Assembly: GCF_032444005.1 (NCBI RefSeq)
Contig: NC_091288.1
Location: forward strand, 207,576,001-207,640,000
Origin: Ranitomeya imitator
Taxonomy: Eukaryota
Length of the DNA stretch: 64,000 nt
Direction of reading: 5' to 3'
In this document: positions 47,010-58,882 of the stretch, piece by piece
Layout of the letters: the number at the start of each line of letters is the position of its first letter
Numbering within the stretch: the first letter of the stretch is position 1
Notes under the pieces: generated by a model
What the model saw: the letters and a program-made list of their open reading frames with translations, nothing else
Database searches by the model: none
What the model was told of the DNA's origin: nothing
Translations under genes and position numbers: made by a program

Positions 47010-48260
47010 AACTTGCAGGGAACCTCCACCATGCTTCACTATTGCCTGCAGAGCCTCATTATTGTGCTGCTCTCCAACCCCTCAGTGGACAAGCTGTCTT
47101 CTCCTTCAGCCAAATATTTCACACTTTGACTCATTAGTCCAGAGCACCTGCTTCCATTTTTCTGCACACCAGTTAATACATATTTGTGTATAGTTGAGTC
47201 TCTCCATCTTGTTTTCATGTCGAAACGTTGTGGGTTTTGGCAGCCATTATATCATGAAGACCAACTCTGGCTAGACTTTTGTGAAGTTCTGAGTTGATGG
47301 CACTGCTGGACATCTGCTGATTTACACAGAACATAAGAACGATGTGTGTGTGATCTGCTGCGCTACGTTTCCTTGGCTGATCCCTGCATCAACATCCTCA
47401 GTTTTGCCCATGCGTTGGTGATTCTTCAAAAGAGCCTGAATAGCACATTTTGAAACCCCAATCTGCTTTGAAATCTTTGCCTGGGAGACGCCTTGCTGAT
47501 GCAGTATAACTACCTTGTGTCTTGTTGCTCTGCTCAGCCTTGCCATGGTGTTACATGACATGAAAGGGTCTTCTACAACCTCACTTTGGTAGCAGAGCTT
47601 GGCTGAACCTGGTGCACTATAACTACCTTGTGTCTTGTTGCTCTGCTCAGCCTTGCCATGGTGTATAACATGACATGAAACGGTCTTCTACAACCTCACC
47701 TTGGTAGCAGAGCTTGGCTGAACCTGGTGCACTATAACTACCTTGTGTCTTGTTGCTGTGCTCAGCCTTGCCATGGTGTTACATGACATGAAACGGTCTT
47801 CTACAACCTCACCTTGGTAGCAGAGCTTGGCTGAACCTGGTGCACTATAACTACCTTGGGTCTTGTTTCTATGCTCACTTTTTTTTTTAGCAGCAAAGTT
47901 TGGCTATTGTTTAACCAACTGTAAGCCTCCTACACAGCGGTTTCTGCTTCAGTTACTGTGTTTCAACCTATATATGAAAGTGATGATCATTTTTACCTGT
48001 TTGTAGAACTGGTTACTCACACTTTTGACTATAATCCTGCATAATCCCTGATTGTGTGCACATGTACTTAGAAGAATTGATGATGATTCGAAGACAATGG
48101 ACGCTCACTAAATACCGATGGGATTCAGATTGCTTTTTTGTTCATTCACTTTTCATTTTGTAAATTGTTGCAAAATAAACTATTAACACTTCTATTTGTG
48201 AAAGCTTCTTACTTTGCAGAATTTGTTTACTTTTCTTATTAAATTATGTGCACAGTACTG
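47010..48260 (-). mobile_element. Degenerate Tc1-like transposon remnant with a ~114-bp internal segment repeated 3-4 times
   Basis: Minus ORF MARLSRATRHKVVILHQQGVSQAKISKQIGVSKCAIQALL (HTH); terminus GCACAGTACTG|TA; repeats at 47505, 47618, 47733 and 47846. Confidence 0.75.
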
Positions 48261-49034
48261 TAAATCTCAAGCAAATAATCCTCCAACCCTCAGACATAGG
48301 AGATTTGACAGGATCATTTCCGAGAAGCAGGTGACAATCTGGTGTCTGACTCCACATCCTCCAAGGATAGTTTCATATTAGCTGTAACAAGGCTGATTTC
48401 CCGGCAGACGGTTTAGGTGCATGACGCCCGGCCGGTGTAGGGCGACCTCGCCTCTGCTGCATCACCTGCTGGTGGATTTTTCACTTGCAACTGTATTTTA
48501 CAATACACATACTTGCTATGTTAGGGATACATTGTTTTTATTAATTTTTATAAGCTATGCATAAGGGAAGCATTAACCAGCACTAGGGGGACCATTTAAA
48601 GGGAATCCAAGTTTTTGCTACCCCTTCTGAGAACAGTGGCCTTTTGATGAAGTAGAAAAGACCCCGTTTCCAGTGACGTATCACTTGCTGGGCTGTTTGC
48701 TGCAGTTTTGTTCAAATCATAGATTTCCCTGCTGCAGATCTAGCAGAGCTCGAATTCTGAGCCACGTATAACCCTGCTCACACCTCTGATTGGCTACTTT
48801 CTGTGTACACTGTGCATAGGCAGAAAGCTGCCAATCAATGATGGGGGTGGTGTTATACAAAGCAAATGTATATGGAGGACTAAATAACAGCAGTCTAATG
48901 ATAATCTCCTTCTGATAATAGTATGATTTTATCAAAACTACAGCAAACAGCTCAGTGAGAAATATTCAGGAGAAAAGCGGCAATTACACCAGGTCAAACA
49001 AGTTAGATATTTATGGCAAGTGACAAGTCTATTA

Positions 49035-49499
49035 AAAGGGGTTGTCTAGGACTATGTTATTTTTTTTTTACTATGTACCTAATATCAACAGGCAGGTAGT
49101 TGCCTCCGTTGCTGATAGAGGCAACTACCCACCTGTTCTACCTGGTGCCGGCTCAGTGAGGTCACGACCGCTCCTGCCGACAATTCACCTGATCCATGTC
49201 AACAGAGCAGCTCTTCTTCTTCCAGGCTGCTCTGTCGACAGGGCATGAATGCCAACATTATGCTGATTGACAGCCGACAGTTAGGCAGCGGAGCGCCAGT
49301 TTTCAATCGGCATCATTTCAACCGTCATGCCCCATCAACAGAGCAGAAGAGAAGCAGCTGTTCTGCCACTGAATAACAGAAATCAGAAATGATCTGTGAC
49401 CCCTCTGTGCCGGCACCGGGCACAACAGGCAGGTAGGTAACAACTCTCTGTTAGTTCTTTGGCCTATAGTAAGAAATAAATAGTCCTGGATAACCCCTT
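49035..49499. mobile_element. T2/Kolobok-like MITE
   Basis: TIR AGGGGTTGTCTAGGACTA / TAGTCCTGGATAACCCCT with TTAA-like flanks. Confidence 0.7.
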
Positions 49500-50384
49500 T
49501 ATTGGGATAATGGCACAACCATATTTAATAAATTCTGAAAACCACAAGTACCATAACACCTCTCCGTAGAGCCACCACTTGCGTAATGTTTAGTGAGTTT
49601 TTCTCTGAGGTTTCGCTGTTGTCTGCTTTATCTGTACGGAGGACAGCTTCCCTCCGGCCTCTTCTCTTTATCGTAATGACCTCTTACTACTTTCAGATTC
49701 ATGTTATGGAACGAGGAAACAATACATCATTGTATCCATTGTGATTTTCCCCTGGGCTGGTGGATTTTGTTTTTCAAGGACAACCTCCTCATACCACAGC
49801 AAGTTTCTATCACTCTATCATTCTATTTTAGGGTATAGTCACTTGACATATTTTCGACAGCCCCACCAAATATTCGAAAGGGGAAGAAGCTTTAGGAAAA
49901 TGCCTGTGATCTTTTTCCTGAAGCATCTTCATTGACGTTTCTTCCATCCTCTTTGTGGCGCCAACTTTTTTTTTGTAATTTAAAGTTAAAATGTCACCAA
50001 AAAACCGAACATCTTTCAACTACTTCTTGTTTTGGAAGCCTGAAACGGTTAAAAGAAAATGCAAAAGACGGCACATATGCACAGCGAGTCATTATTACAT
50101 TGCTTTGCATTATTTCTGTTTTTAGTGCTTTTTCAGGTGGGGGGAGGGGGTAGTTCCAGGCATAATCCCCCTGAAAAAGACATTGTGAGCACTTTTTATT
50201 TTTTTGTAACAAATAGGACTATTTTTTTTGGAGTCTTACAACACTTAGTATTTGGAAATTTTTAATTATTTAGAGCATGACAGAAAGTAAATGAACAATG
50301 ATTTTTTTTTACGTTTAAGCTAATTTTTTAGTCACATAGAGAAACGATTACCTGTAAATATTTCTGCCCATGTTTATTCTGATA

Positions 50385-52074
50385 CAGGTGTGCAGCGCCC
50401 CAGGGTCCTGGCCGTTGCAGTAATGTCATTTTTCCACCAGGGGGAGTGATGTTATGTCTGAGGGCAATAAAGGAGATCACTTTACCAGGTATCACAAACC
50501 ACACAACACACTTCACACTCCAGTCCACCAGGGGGAGCTATCCTCCTATTTAGTAGGGCACTCTTCACAATTAGGTAAAACTGGGGGTCTGGATAGGAAG
50601 TTAGGGAGAAGCGAGTTGGGCTTCACCCAGTTAGCTGCTATCTAAGCTCCACTCAGGTAGTGGGTCCCTGCCAGGGGTGGGATCCTGTCAGAGGCCTAGA
50701 CAGAAGGCCACGGAGCTGCGTCGGCCCGACTTACAGCAGCATCTTAGGAAAGAGACATTGAAGGAGAATTGTGTTGCAGAGAGTGAGAAACGAGGTCATA
50801 GCAAAAGGAGAGGAAACCAGAAGGAGTTCTGCCCTGTAAAAGGCTGCCTCCTTTCTGAGGCGCAGGATCCGGTAGCCGGAACACTGAGGGAGTCATCATC
50901 TCCAAGCCTTGCTCCAGAGACCGGCAGGACAGCAAATTCCATATTGGTTGTCCGAGCTTAACCCAGGAGGCACGGTGGCAACTTGTGGGGGCTGGGGCAT
51001 GCTAGAGTCCCTGTAAAAAGCCTCAGGCCATCAGTCATATGGGTTGTTCCTATCTATCTGGGGGACAGAGAGAAATACATAACATCTAGAACACCAACAA
51101 CAGTTGTGAGGACCTTATGAGGAGCTCAGCAGTAAGGTACTACAACATTCAGGCGCTAGAGGAAGGCTATTGATTTCCACCTGGACAAGGGGACTCTGGC
51201 TTTGCCTTCAGACCGGCCGGACTCTGCCTACCCTGTGGTCTGTGCCCTGGACTGTGGATGCTGAAGCCTTTAGTAAAGATAAAGAGACTGCAACCTTGTG
51301 TCCTCGTTCTTCACTGTGCCTTTCACCATCTACCACCTACACTCTGGGAAGCCCTGGGGACATACTTCACCTGTGGGAAGGTATACCACCTAGCTGCCAT
51401 AACATCACCCCAGCGGACCCCTAAGCAGTGTCGGTCACCCTGACCGAATACCACAGGTGGCGTCACAAACATTATCCCTTTAAAGACTTTTCCCTCTTTT
51501 TTTTTTTGCAACGGACGCCCCTAGGGCCACGGACCGGGTCAGCCACTGTGACATCCCCCTTGAGAACCGAAGGGCCCGGCTCCAAGTACCTCACTGCCCT
51601 AACGGGGGCGCTCCAACTTCTTCTCACAAAATTAGAATATCATCAGAAAGTTAATTTATTTCAGTTCTTCAATACAAAAAGTGAAACCCATATATTAGTC
51701 ATGACAAACAGAGCGATCTATTTCACGTGTTTATTTCTGTTAATGTTGATGATAATGGCTTACAGCCAATGAAAAAGCAAAAGTCATTATCTCAGTAAAT
51801 TAGAATCATTAGCAAAAACACCTGTAAAGGCTCCTAAGCGTTTATAAAGGTCCCTTAGTCTGTTTCAGTAGCTCCACAATCATGGGGAAGACTGCTGACT
51901 GACAGATGTCCAGAAGGCGTCACTGACACTCCACAAGGAGGGGAAGCCACAAAAGGTCATTGCTAAAGAAGCTGCTGTTCACAGAGTGCTGTATCTAAGC
52001 AGATTAATGGAGAGTGGAGTGGAAGGAAATAAATTAACTTTATGACGATATTCTAATTTTGTGAGAAGTACCTA
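50385..52074 (+). mobile_element. Internally deleted Tc1-like element, interrupted in its left TIR by a solo LTR
   Basis: TA|CAGGTG...[LTR]...CTTCTCACAAAATTAGAATATC; right end AATTTTGTGAGAAGTACCTA|TA; remnant ATGGGGAAGACTGCTGAC (MGKTAD). Confidence 0.75.
50391..51615. mobile_element. Probable solo LTR (about 1.2 kb)
   Basis: TG...CA ends with inverted termini TGCAGCGCCCC / GGGGCGCTCCA; no coding region; no clean TSD. Confidence 0.65.
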
Positions 52075-54451
52075 TATATAACATGATCAAGGTAGTTAAA
52101 TTGTGTGAGAACTGGAACTTTGGTCTTAACGGTGGCATAAATATATATTTTTTCTTTATTACTATATTTTAATTTTTTTAAATTTTACATTAGGGGATAT
52201 ATATTTTTTAATTTGACACTACATATTTCTGCATGCAGCCGATATAGCAGCCCGGTTGATGTCTCAGTTGTCTTATTAAGTGTTTTGTGTAATTAGATAT
52301 TGATGACCTATCCTAAGGATTGGCCATCAATATCAAAGTCCAAGTCAATACTTGATAAAATATGACTTGCGTGGATTCACGCCATAGATGTGCAGACATG
52401 GTGGCGAATGTGGTACTCCGAGAGACAGTGACGTTTTTGAGCTTCTTGGATTCTTGAGGATTCTTACTTATTTCCCAGAAGTAGCTATGGTTGTACCTTC
52501 TTAGCCTTAATATGCAGCAGGAAGAGCTGCTCTGGAGCACAAACTGCTACCTCTTAGTACCCTCGCTTTAAGAATTTTAATTCTGATGAATCATAAAATG
52601 ATTCAATTACTACTTTGCGCCTAAGTAAGGAATTTGGAGAGTTTATTGTTTCCTTATTATTTCTCATACACAATGTATAAAGGATGATGTTCCGTCAGCA
52701 GCGAAATGTTTTATGCCCAGGGATTGAGGAAGCTAGATTAATATATTGCAGGTATATTTAATTTGTATGATTCATGTACTAATTATAGATGTGTGCACAT
52801 GACGTGAATATTACAAGTCTCTACCTATGACCTATACTATTCTAACTGCTCCAGCCTAGCTGTCAGTAGATGGAAATACAGGGGTGGATCTAGTTTTCAC
52901 AAAAATGTTTGTTCTGCAATCTGAACACAACCCATTGACCTTCCATTTTGCTGCAGTACACGATAAAGGCTGCCAGAAACATCCAGGAGTGGTGGTCGGG
53001 AAAGGGGGAAAATGACAGGATCAGACAGAAAAACTCTGATCCATTTTTCTACCTGCAATCATTTAGCAGTTTCCACCAATATTACGCTAGGGATCACAAT
53101 TTTTATTTTCTTGCTTAATGTGTGTATTTTTAGCTATGCATAATGTTTGTAATTGGGTTTCATGAAAAAAAAAAATGTTCACTGTCTGCCTTCTACAGCC
53201 TCTATGCTGCACTATTTCTGTCTGCAGGATTGGGTTAGGTGGGAATCTGTCAGTGAGTTCATTCTAACAGCCCCATAGTTAAGTTTCTAACTCTTTTATC
53301 TGTCATTTCCTGAGCTCCTCTCAGCTGATTTATGGCTACAGAGCACAGCATAGTGGAATGTTCAGGAATATAAAGAGTCTTTAAAAGCCAAAAATGCAAC
53401 ATTTTTAATAAAAACCCCACTTGCAAAAATGAATTTTGGCAACAAATAAATGCATTGACGTAAACTAGGTGTCTAAACCCCCCTGCATGTCTATATCCCT
53501 GGTGGTCTAGGGCAGTGCTGCTAGAAGAAACAGATAGAAGCTCTGGCTTTTTCGCAGAGATTGATCGCTGGCGGTAAGGTCTTGTGTCTGTCTCGCATTG
53601 CTGCCTCTTTCTCACGCCACTCAGTCTTGTCTAGCATCTTGACAAATGTATAACTTTTTTGGGTGCAACTTGGACGTGTCGGCCATTAAGAATCGCATAT
53701 TTTGGCTGTGCCCTGAATTCCTTCTTATGACCATCGATTCATAGCAGGAAATCAGGAATACTTTCAGGTTGTTATTTGCTCGTATTCTCTGGAATTATGT
53801 TGCACAGATAAAATCTTATGCAATCACGATAGCAATAAATAAATGTTATCGCTTCCCAAAAACATGCAATACAAAGAGATCACAACATTTTATGTGGGAT
53901 GTGCGGGGTCTGTTAGAATTTTACACAATCCCCAACTTACACAATATCTTCACCCCTGGAAATTCCAGGCGAGAAATATTATCATGATGCTCATTGTTGC
54001 AATTTTGTCTTTATATAGAGATGAAATATGACAAGGATAGCACCATCCATTAGAGCGTTATTAGGTTGGAGGGGTTCTAATGGGCCTCCAGTGATGTAAG
54101 TGAATGTGTTCGGTTCATCCCTTCGCTAAAACTCTGAAAATCTCTCTCATACATATCGGATGGATGCAAACCCCAAAATTCATATCTGTACACAGGCACC
54201 TGCTGGTCTGATACAGATCATTTGATCAAAGGAAGCCCTTTCCTGGGACAGGCAGTTTTCCTCCTCTGCATAAACGAATCCCAAATTTGGTATCTGGTTC
54301 CCAGAGGATCGCCTGTTTAATTATCTGTAGGGAAACAAAAAAGTTGAGTTCCAGCTCCTTAAAACATGACGTTTATTATATCCAAATATAAAATCCAAAT
54401 GTCCATGGTGTGCAACCTCCCACCGGTAAGTGCCTGGGATGACAGAGATAA

Positions 54452-54493
54452 ACGGCTACGCGTTTCGATCGGAGTGATCTTTATCAAAGCCAT
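54452..54493 (-). ncRNA. Mirror copy of the hammerhead-like motif
   Basis: Reverse complement of 56677-56718. Confidence 0.5.
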
Positions 54494-54642
54494 ACCTGGA
54501 TCAGGCAGCTTCTCCTACTTATAAGGAGGCTCACCCAACCAGATCATTCATTTAAGTCACATGGCAATTTGACAAGTCCTTTCATCTAAAATCATTGTTC
54601 TATATGTAACAACATAACAAAAACAAAGGATTAAAATCACAT

Positions 54643-55925
54643 TCAGCAATAATGTAACATAACTTCATGTCTTTTATTCAATCCTGTTGGGACGCAGGTG
54701 TTCAATTGGAAAATCCAATATGCTTCTCGTGTGAGAAGCCGGCGTCTAATGTCACCACCCCGACTGGGGGTATTAACCCGTTCAATGCCCTGAACCTGAA
54801 GAGTGACAGTGCTGCGTGCATGGTGCATAACAAAATGTTTGGATGCTGCTGATATATTCCTGTTATTATTCTGAGTGTTACCTATGTCATATAAATGTTC
54901 CCTGATACGTGTTTTCAATTTTCTGGACGTGCAGCCCACATACGACAGGTTACACTCTATACATTTGATTTTGTATACCACATTGCAAGAATTACAATTG
55001 ATGTACTGCTTTATATCAAATTTGATAGTTTCATCCGCATTATAAAATGTCTTTTCAATACTAGCGAATTTACATGTGCTACAATTTCGTGTACCACACC
55101 TGAAAAATCCTGGATAATTTAACCAGGTTCTGATGGATTTATTTTTGGAGCAGAACAAGCTAGGGGCTATTTTATTACCAATGGTCGGGGCTCTTCTCGA
55201 CACCACATTAATGCCAGAATTTAGTATGTTATACAGCTGCGGATCTTCATATAAAATAGGTAAATATCTGTTGACAATATCTCTAATTCTAGCGAACTGC
55301 GGGCTATATTGAAAGCATATGTATGGCTTTTGTTCCATTTGTAAATTTCTATGTTTTTGTGCTGTAACTAGTTCTTTGCGATCTTTTCCTGCTACTATTT
55401 TTTTAGCCCGATTAATTGTCCATTGAGGGTATTGTCGATATGTTAATTTATTTGCTATTTGATCGATTTCACCCTTGAGATCTTTTTCTGAACTGCAATT
55501 CCTTTTAATCCTGGTGAACTCACCTACCGGAATTGATTTAATTGTATGCCTGCTATGGCTGCTTTTGGCATGCAGTATTGTGTTACCCCTCACTGGCTTG
55601 TGATGTGTTCTGGTGACGATATTTGAATCTATTTGCCCCGTGAGCTCCAGATCTAGAAATGATATACTTTTACTATCTGCCCTATGCGTAAATCTAATAT
55701 TGTACTCATTCTGATTCAGGTACTCCATGAAGCGCGGTATGGCAGACACATCACCCTCCCATATCATGAGCGTATCATCAATGTATCTGCCATACCACGC
55801 CACATATTCCAAATACGGATTGGTCACGGAAAAAACACACTCCATCTCCCAGAAGGACATAACCAAATTAGCAAGGGAGGGAGAGTATTTCGCACCCATG
55901 GCCACTCCGGCTTGCTGCATATAAA
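54643..55925 (-). CDS. PLE polyprotein C-terminal part: RT (5'-truncated) plus GIY-YIG endonuclease; uninterrupted frame
   Basis: QQAGVAMGAKYSPSLANL, YGRYIDD, CGTRNCSTC and VVYKIKCIECNLSYVGCTSRKLKTRIREH. The first ~37 aa of the listed ORF 54643-56037 are antisense of the other arm. Confidence 0.88.
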
Positions 55926-55963
55926 ATCCGCAGCTGTATAACATACTAAATTCTGGCATTAAT

Positions 55964-56527
55964 GTGGTGTCGAGAAGAGCCCCGACCATTGGTAATAAAA
56001 TAGCCCCTAGCTTGTTCTGCTCCAAAAATAAATCCATCAGAACCTGGTTAAATTATCCAGGATTTTTCAGGTGTGGTACACGAAATTGTAGCACATGTAA
56101 ATTCGCTAGTATTGAAAAGACATTTTATAATGCGGATGAAACTATCAAATTTGATATAAAGCAGTACATCAATTGTAATTCTTGCAATGTGGTATACAAA
56201 ATCAAATGTATAGAGTGTAACCTGTCGTATGTGGGCTGCACGTCCAGAAAATTGAAAACACGTATCAGGGAACATTTATATGACATAGGTAACACTCAGA
56301 ATAATAACAGGAATATATCAGCAGCATCCAAACATTTTGTTATGCACCATGCACGCAGCACTGTCACTCTTCAGGTTCAGGGCATTGAACGGGTTAATAC
56401 CCCCAGTCGGGGTGGTGACATTAGACGCCGGCTTCTCACACGAGAAGCATATTGGATTTTCCAATTGAACACCTGCGTCCCAACAGGATTGAATAAAAGA
56501 CATGAAGTTATGTTACATTATTGCTGA
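55964..56527 (+). CDS. Inverted second copy of the PLE GIY-YIG endonuclease segment
   Basis: Translation identical to the last 187 aa of the minus ORF. Confidence 0.85.
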   Translation: MVSRRAPTIGNKIAPSLFCSKNKSIRTWLNYPGFFRCGTRNCSTCKFASIEKTFYNADETIKFDIKQYINCNSCNVVYKIKCIECNLSYVGCTSRKLKTRIREHLYDIGNTQNNNRNISAASKHFVMHHARSTVTLQVQGIERVNTPSRGGDIRRRLLTREAYWIFQLNTCVPTGLNKRHEVMLHYC

Positions 56528-56676
56528 ATGTGATTTTAATCCTTTGTTTTTGTTATGTTGTTACATATAGAACAATGATTTTAGATGAAAGGACCTGTCA
56601 AATTGCCATGTGACTTAAATGAATGATCTGGTTGGGTGAGCCTCCTTATAAGTAGGAGAAGCTGCCTGATCCAGGT

Positions 56677-56718
56677 ATGGCTTTGATAAAGATCACTCCG
56701 ATCGAAACGCGTAGCCGT
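56677..56718 (+). ncRNA. Minimal hammerhead-ribozyme-like motif (U3-A8 core variant) in the PLE 3' region
   Basis: ATGGC-T-TTGATAA-A-GATC(ACTCC)GATC-GAAA-CGCG-TA-GCCGT: stem I AUGGC/GCCGU, stem II GAUC/GAUC, palindromic minimal stem III. Confidence 0.5.
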
Positions 56719-58882
56719 TTATCTCTGTCATCCCAGGCACTTACCGGTGGGAGGTTGCACACCATGGACATTTGGATTTTATATTTGGATATAATAAACG
56801 TCATGTTTTAAGGAGCTGGAACTCAACTTTTTTGTTTCTCTGATGATTGGATCGTCTCCCTGCAGCGGAGTTCCGTGCACCTGCGGTGATTTACCGGTGA
56901 GCTGGCTACAAACTCTTTTTCTCTTTGTTATTAATTATCTGTACACTGCAGGGGGCTGCTGCTTCAATGGAGCTAGAGGTGTCACCACTCGTTCTCATTT
57001 CCCTTGTTTCAATTAGTCCCTCTGTTTCTAGGTCTAATCCTATGTTCAGTTCATCTCCTCTATGGAGAGGTCTTAGGGATTTTTATTTTTTCTCTATCAC
57101 ATACTCCAAAATAGTGCCAATGACAATGGCAGAGCACACCACAGAAACTAAGCACTTATCCGAGGTCATATATCCGATAAATAGAACAGTTATTATGGGT
57201 CTCAGAAAATGGCGACACAAAACAGATTTTTTCTTAAATAAATATCTCTATTTTTTCACCACTGAAATAATAAAACCCCCATAAAACTATACAAGTTTGG
57301 CATCACCATAATCGTTCTGACTTTAAAAAAAATCACGTTGCCGGGTAATTTTTATTGCACAATGAACATCATAAAAACCCGAAGATTAATGACGGAATTG
57401 CAAAGATTTATTTATTTTTTCCACCATTTCACCCCATTTAGAACTTTTTGTCTATTACATGGTAAAACAAAACGTCATTCACAAGTACAACTTGTCCTGC
57501 AAAAATAAGTTGTCACTCAGCTACGTAGATGCAAAGATAAAAAGTCCTGACTCTTGCAGGAAGGAGAGAAAAATTGGCCACAGCAGGAACAGGGAACTGA
57601 AGGCGCGACATGTAAATCTCCATTGTAAATGTAAGCGAGTTCCTTCTACCAACTCAATAGCCGAGTTTCTAACTCTTTTTTTTAAAATGTAAATGTTAAA
57701 TTTTGCGACCATTAAATCCGCCTCAGTTTTGTAGTCATTAAATTTACCTAAGAAACGGAGGCGGATATAATGGCAATGAAATTTGTAAACCTGGGGTATA
57801 ATATAGAAAACTTGAAAATTAAAAAATTATTTAAAAAAAAAAACAAAACAAAAAAAAACACCACAAAAGGAGACTATGGAAATTCCAAAAGAGAAACTAT
57901 TGGAGGTTGGATCAAAGACACAAAAGGGAAATAAAACAACCAATTCACAAATAATAATTCCAATTCTAACCCAACATAACGCTGACAGAGCCAATAATGT
58001 CTGTAAAGTGCTGCAGAAGTAATGGCGCTATATACGTGAGTAAAATAAATAAATACAGGAATACTTAAACATATAATAAAAAAATAATAGATCTCATTCT
58101 TACTAAACGCAGATTCATGTAAAGGAAGGCATGTAATATGGAATTTAGGAGCTCCAACGGTGAAAAATAGTATTTGTATCCAGAATAAATCACGACTTTC
58201 TGAATGAAAAGGTGTTTTTTTTTCCGTGCAAAAGATGTAAGGCGTGACGTATGCAGAAAACTAACAAAAGTATAAAAAAAAATTTAGCAACAATGAGCGG
58301 AACGTGAATTTTCATACTTGCATGTTATATATTCTTTTAAAGGGGCAATAGATTGTTTTCAGAAATATCAGGGACATTCATTATCTAGGCACTATATAAC
58401 TAAACATATAGGATCATTTATAGGGTCTATATTTTGGGGTCTACGAACAGTTAAAAACCCCTGGAAAGGGGGAGACAATATAGCACAAATGTCCCACAAT
58501 TCTTTGATCTAGATACACTTGAGCTGAGAAGTCTAAATAAGGAAATTGAACTATTTGCCTTTCAATAAAGCAATTTACTTGGGGGATAGACTTCCAAGAC
58601 CGGCCATGGACCAATGGAATCCCTGATGAAGGAAAACAGATTTGACATAAGTGCTACTATTCTGTGACCGCCAGCAATTCTCTATAACCTGAGGGATCAC
58701 TTTATCAACTGTTCTTTTCCCCTGTAGCACACCCGCAGGAGAAATGAAGTATTACACAGTCCTCATAGAAATTAATCGACTGTCTGTGGAATGTTTGGAT
58801 ATGTGGAGTCCTCCAAAGCTGGGGGTGCTCTTTTTAATGAAGATTGAGATGAAGATACCCCTTCAGAAATCCTTAGTAGATA

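Larger units (their letters stand above)
54330..56930. mobile_element. Penelope-like retroelement with inverted (tail-out) structure
   Basis: 913-bp inverted arms 54332-55244 and 55926-56838; 13-bp direct repeat TTAATTATCTGTA at 54317-54329 and 56931-56943. Confidence 0.92.

Noticed and set aside
56038-56527. Plus-strand GIY-YIG ORF as an independent host gene or homing endonuclease
   Set aside because: It is an exact inverted copy of the PLE C-terminus and lies inside the TSD-bounded insertion.
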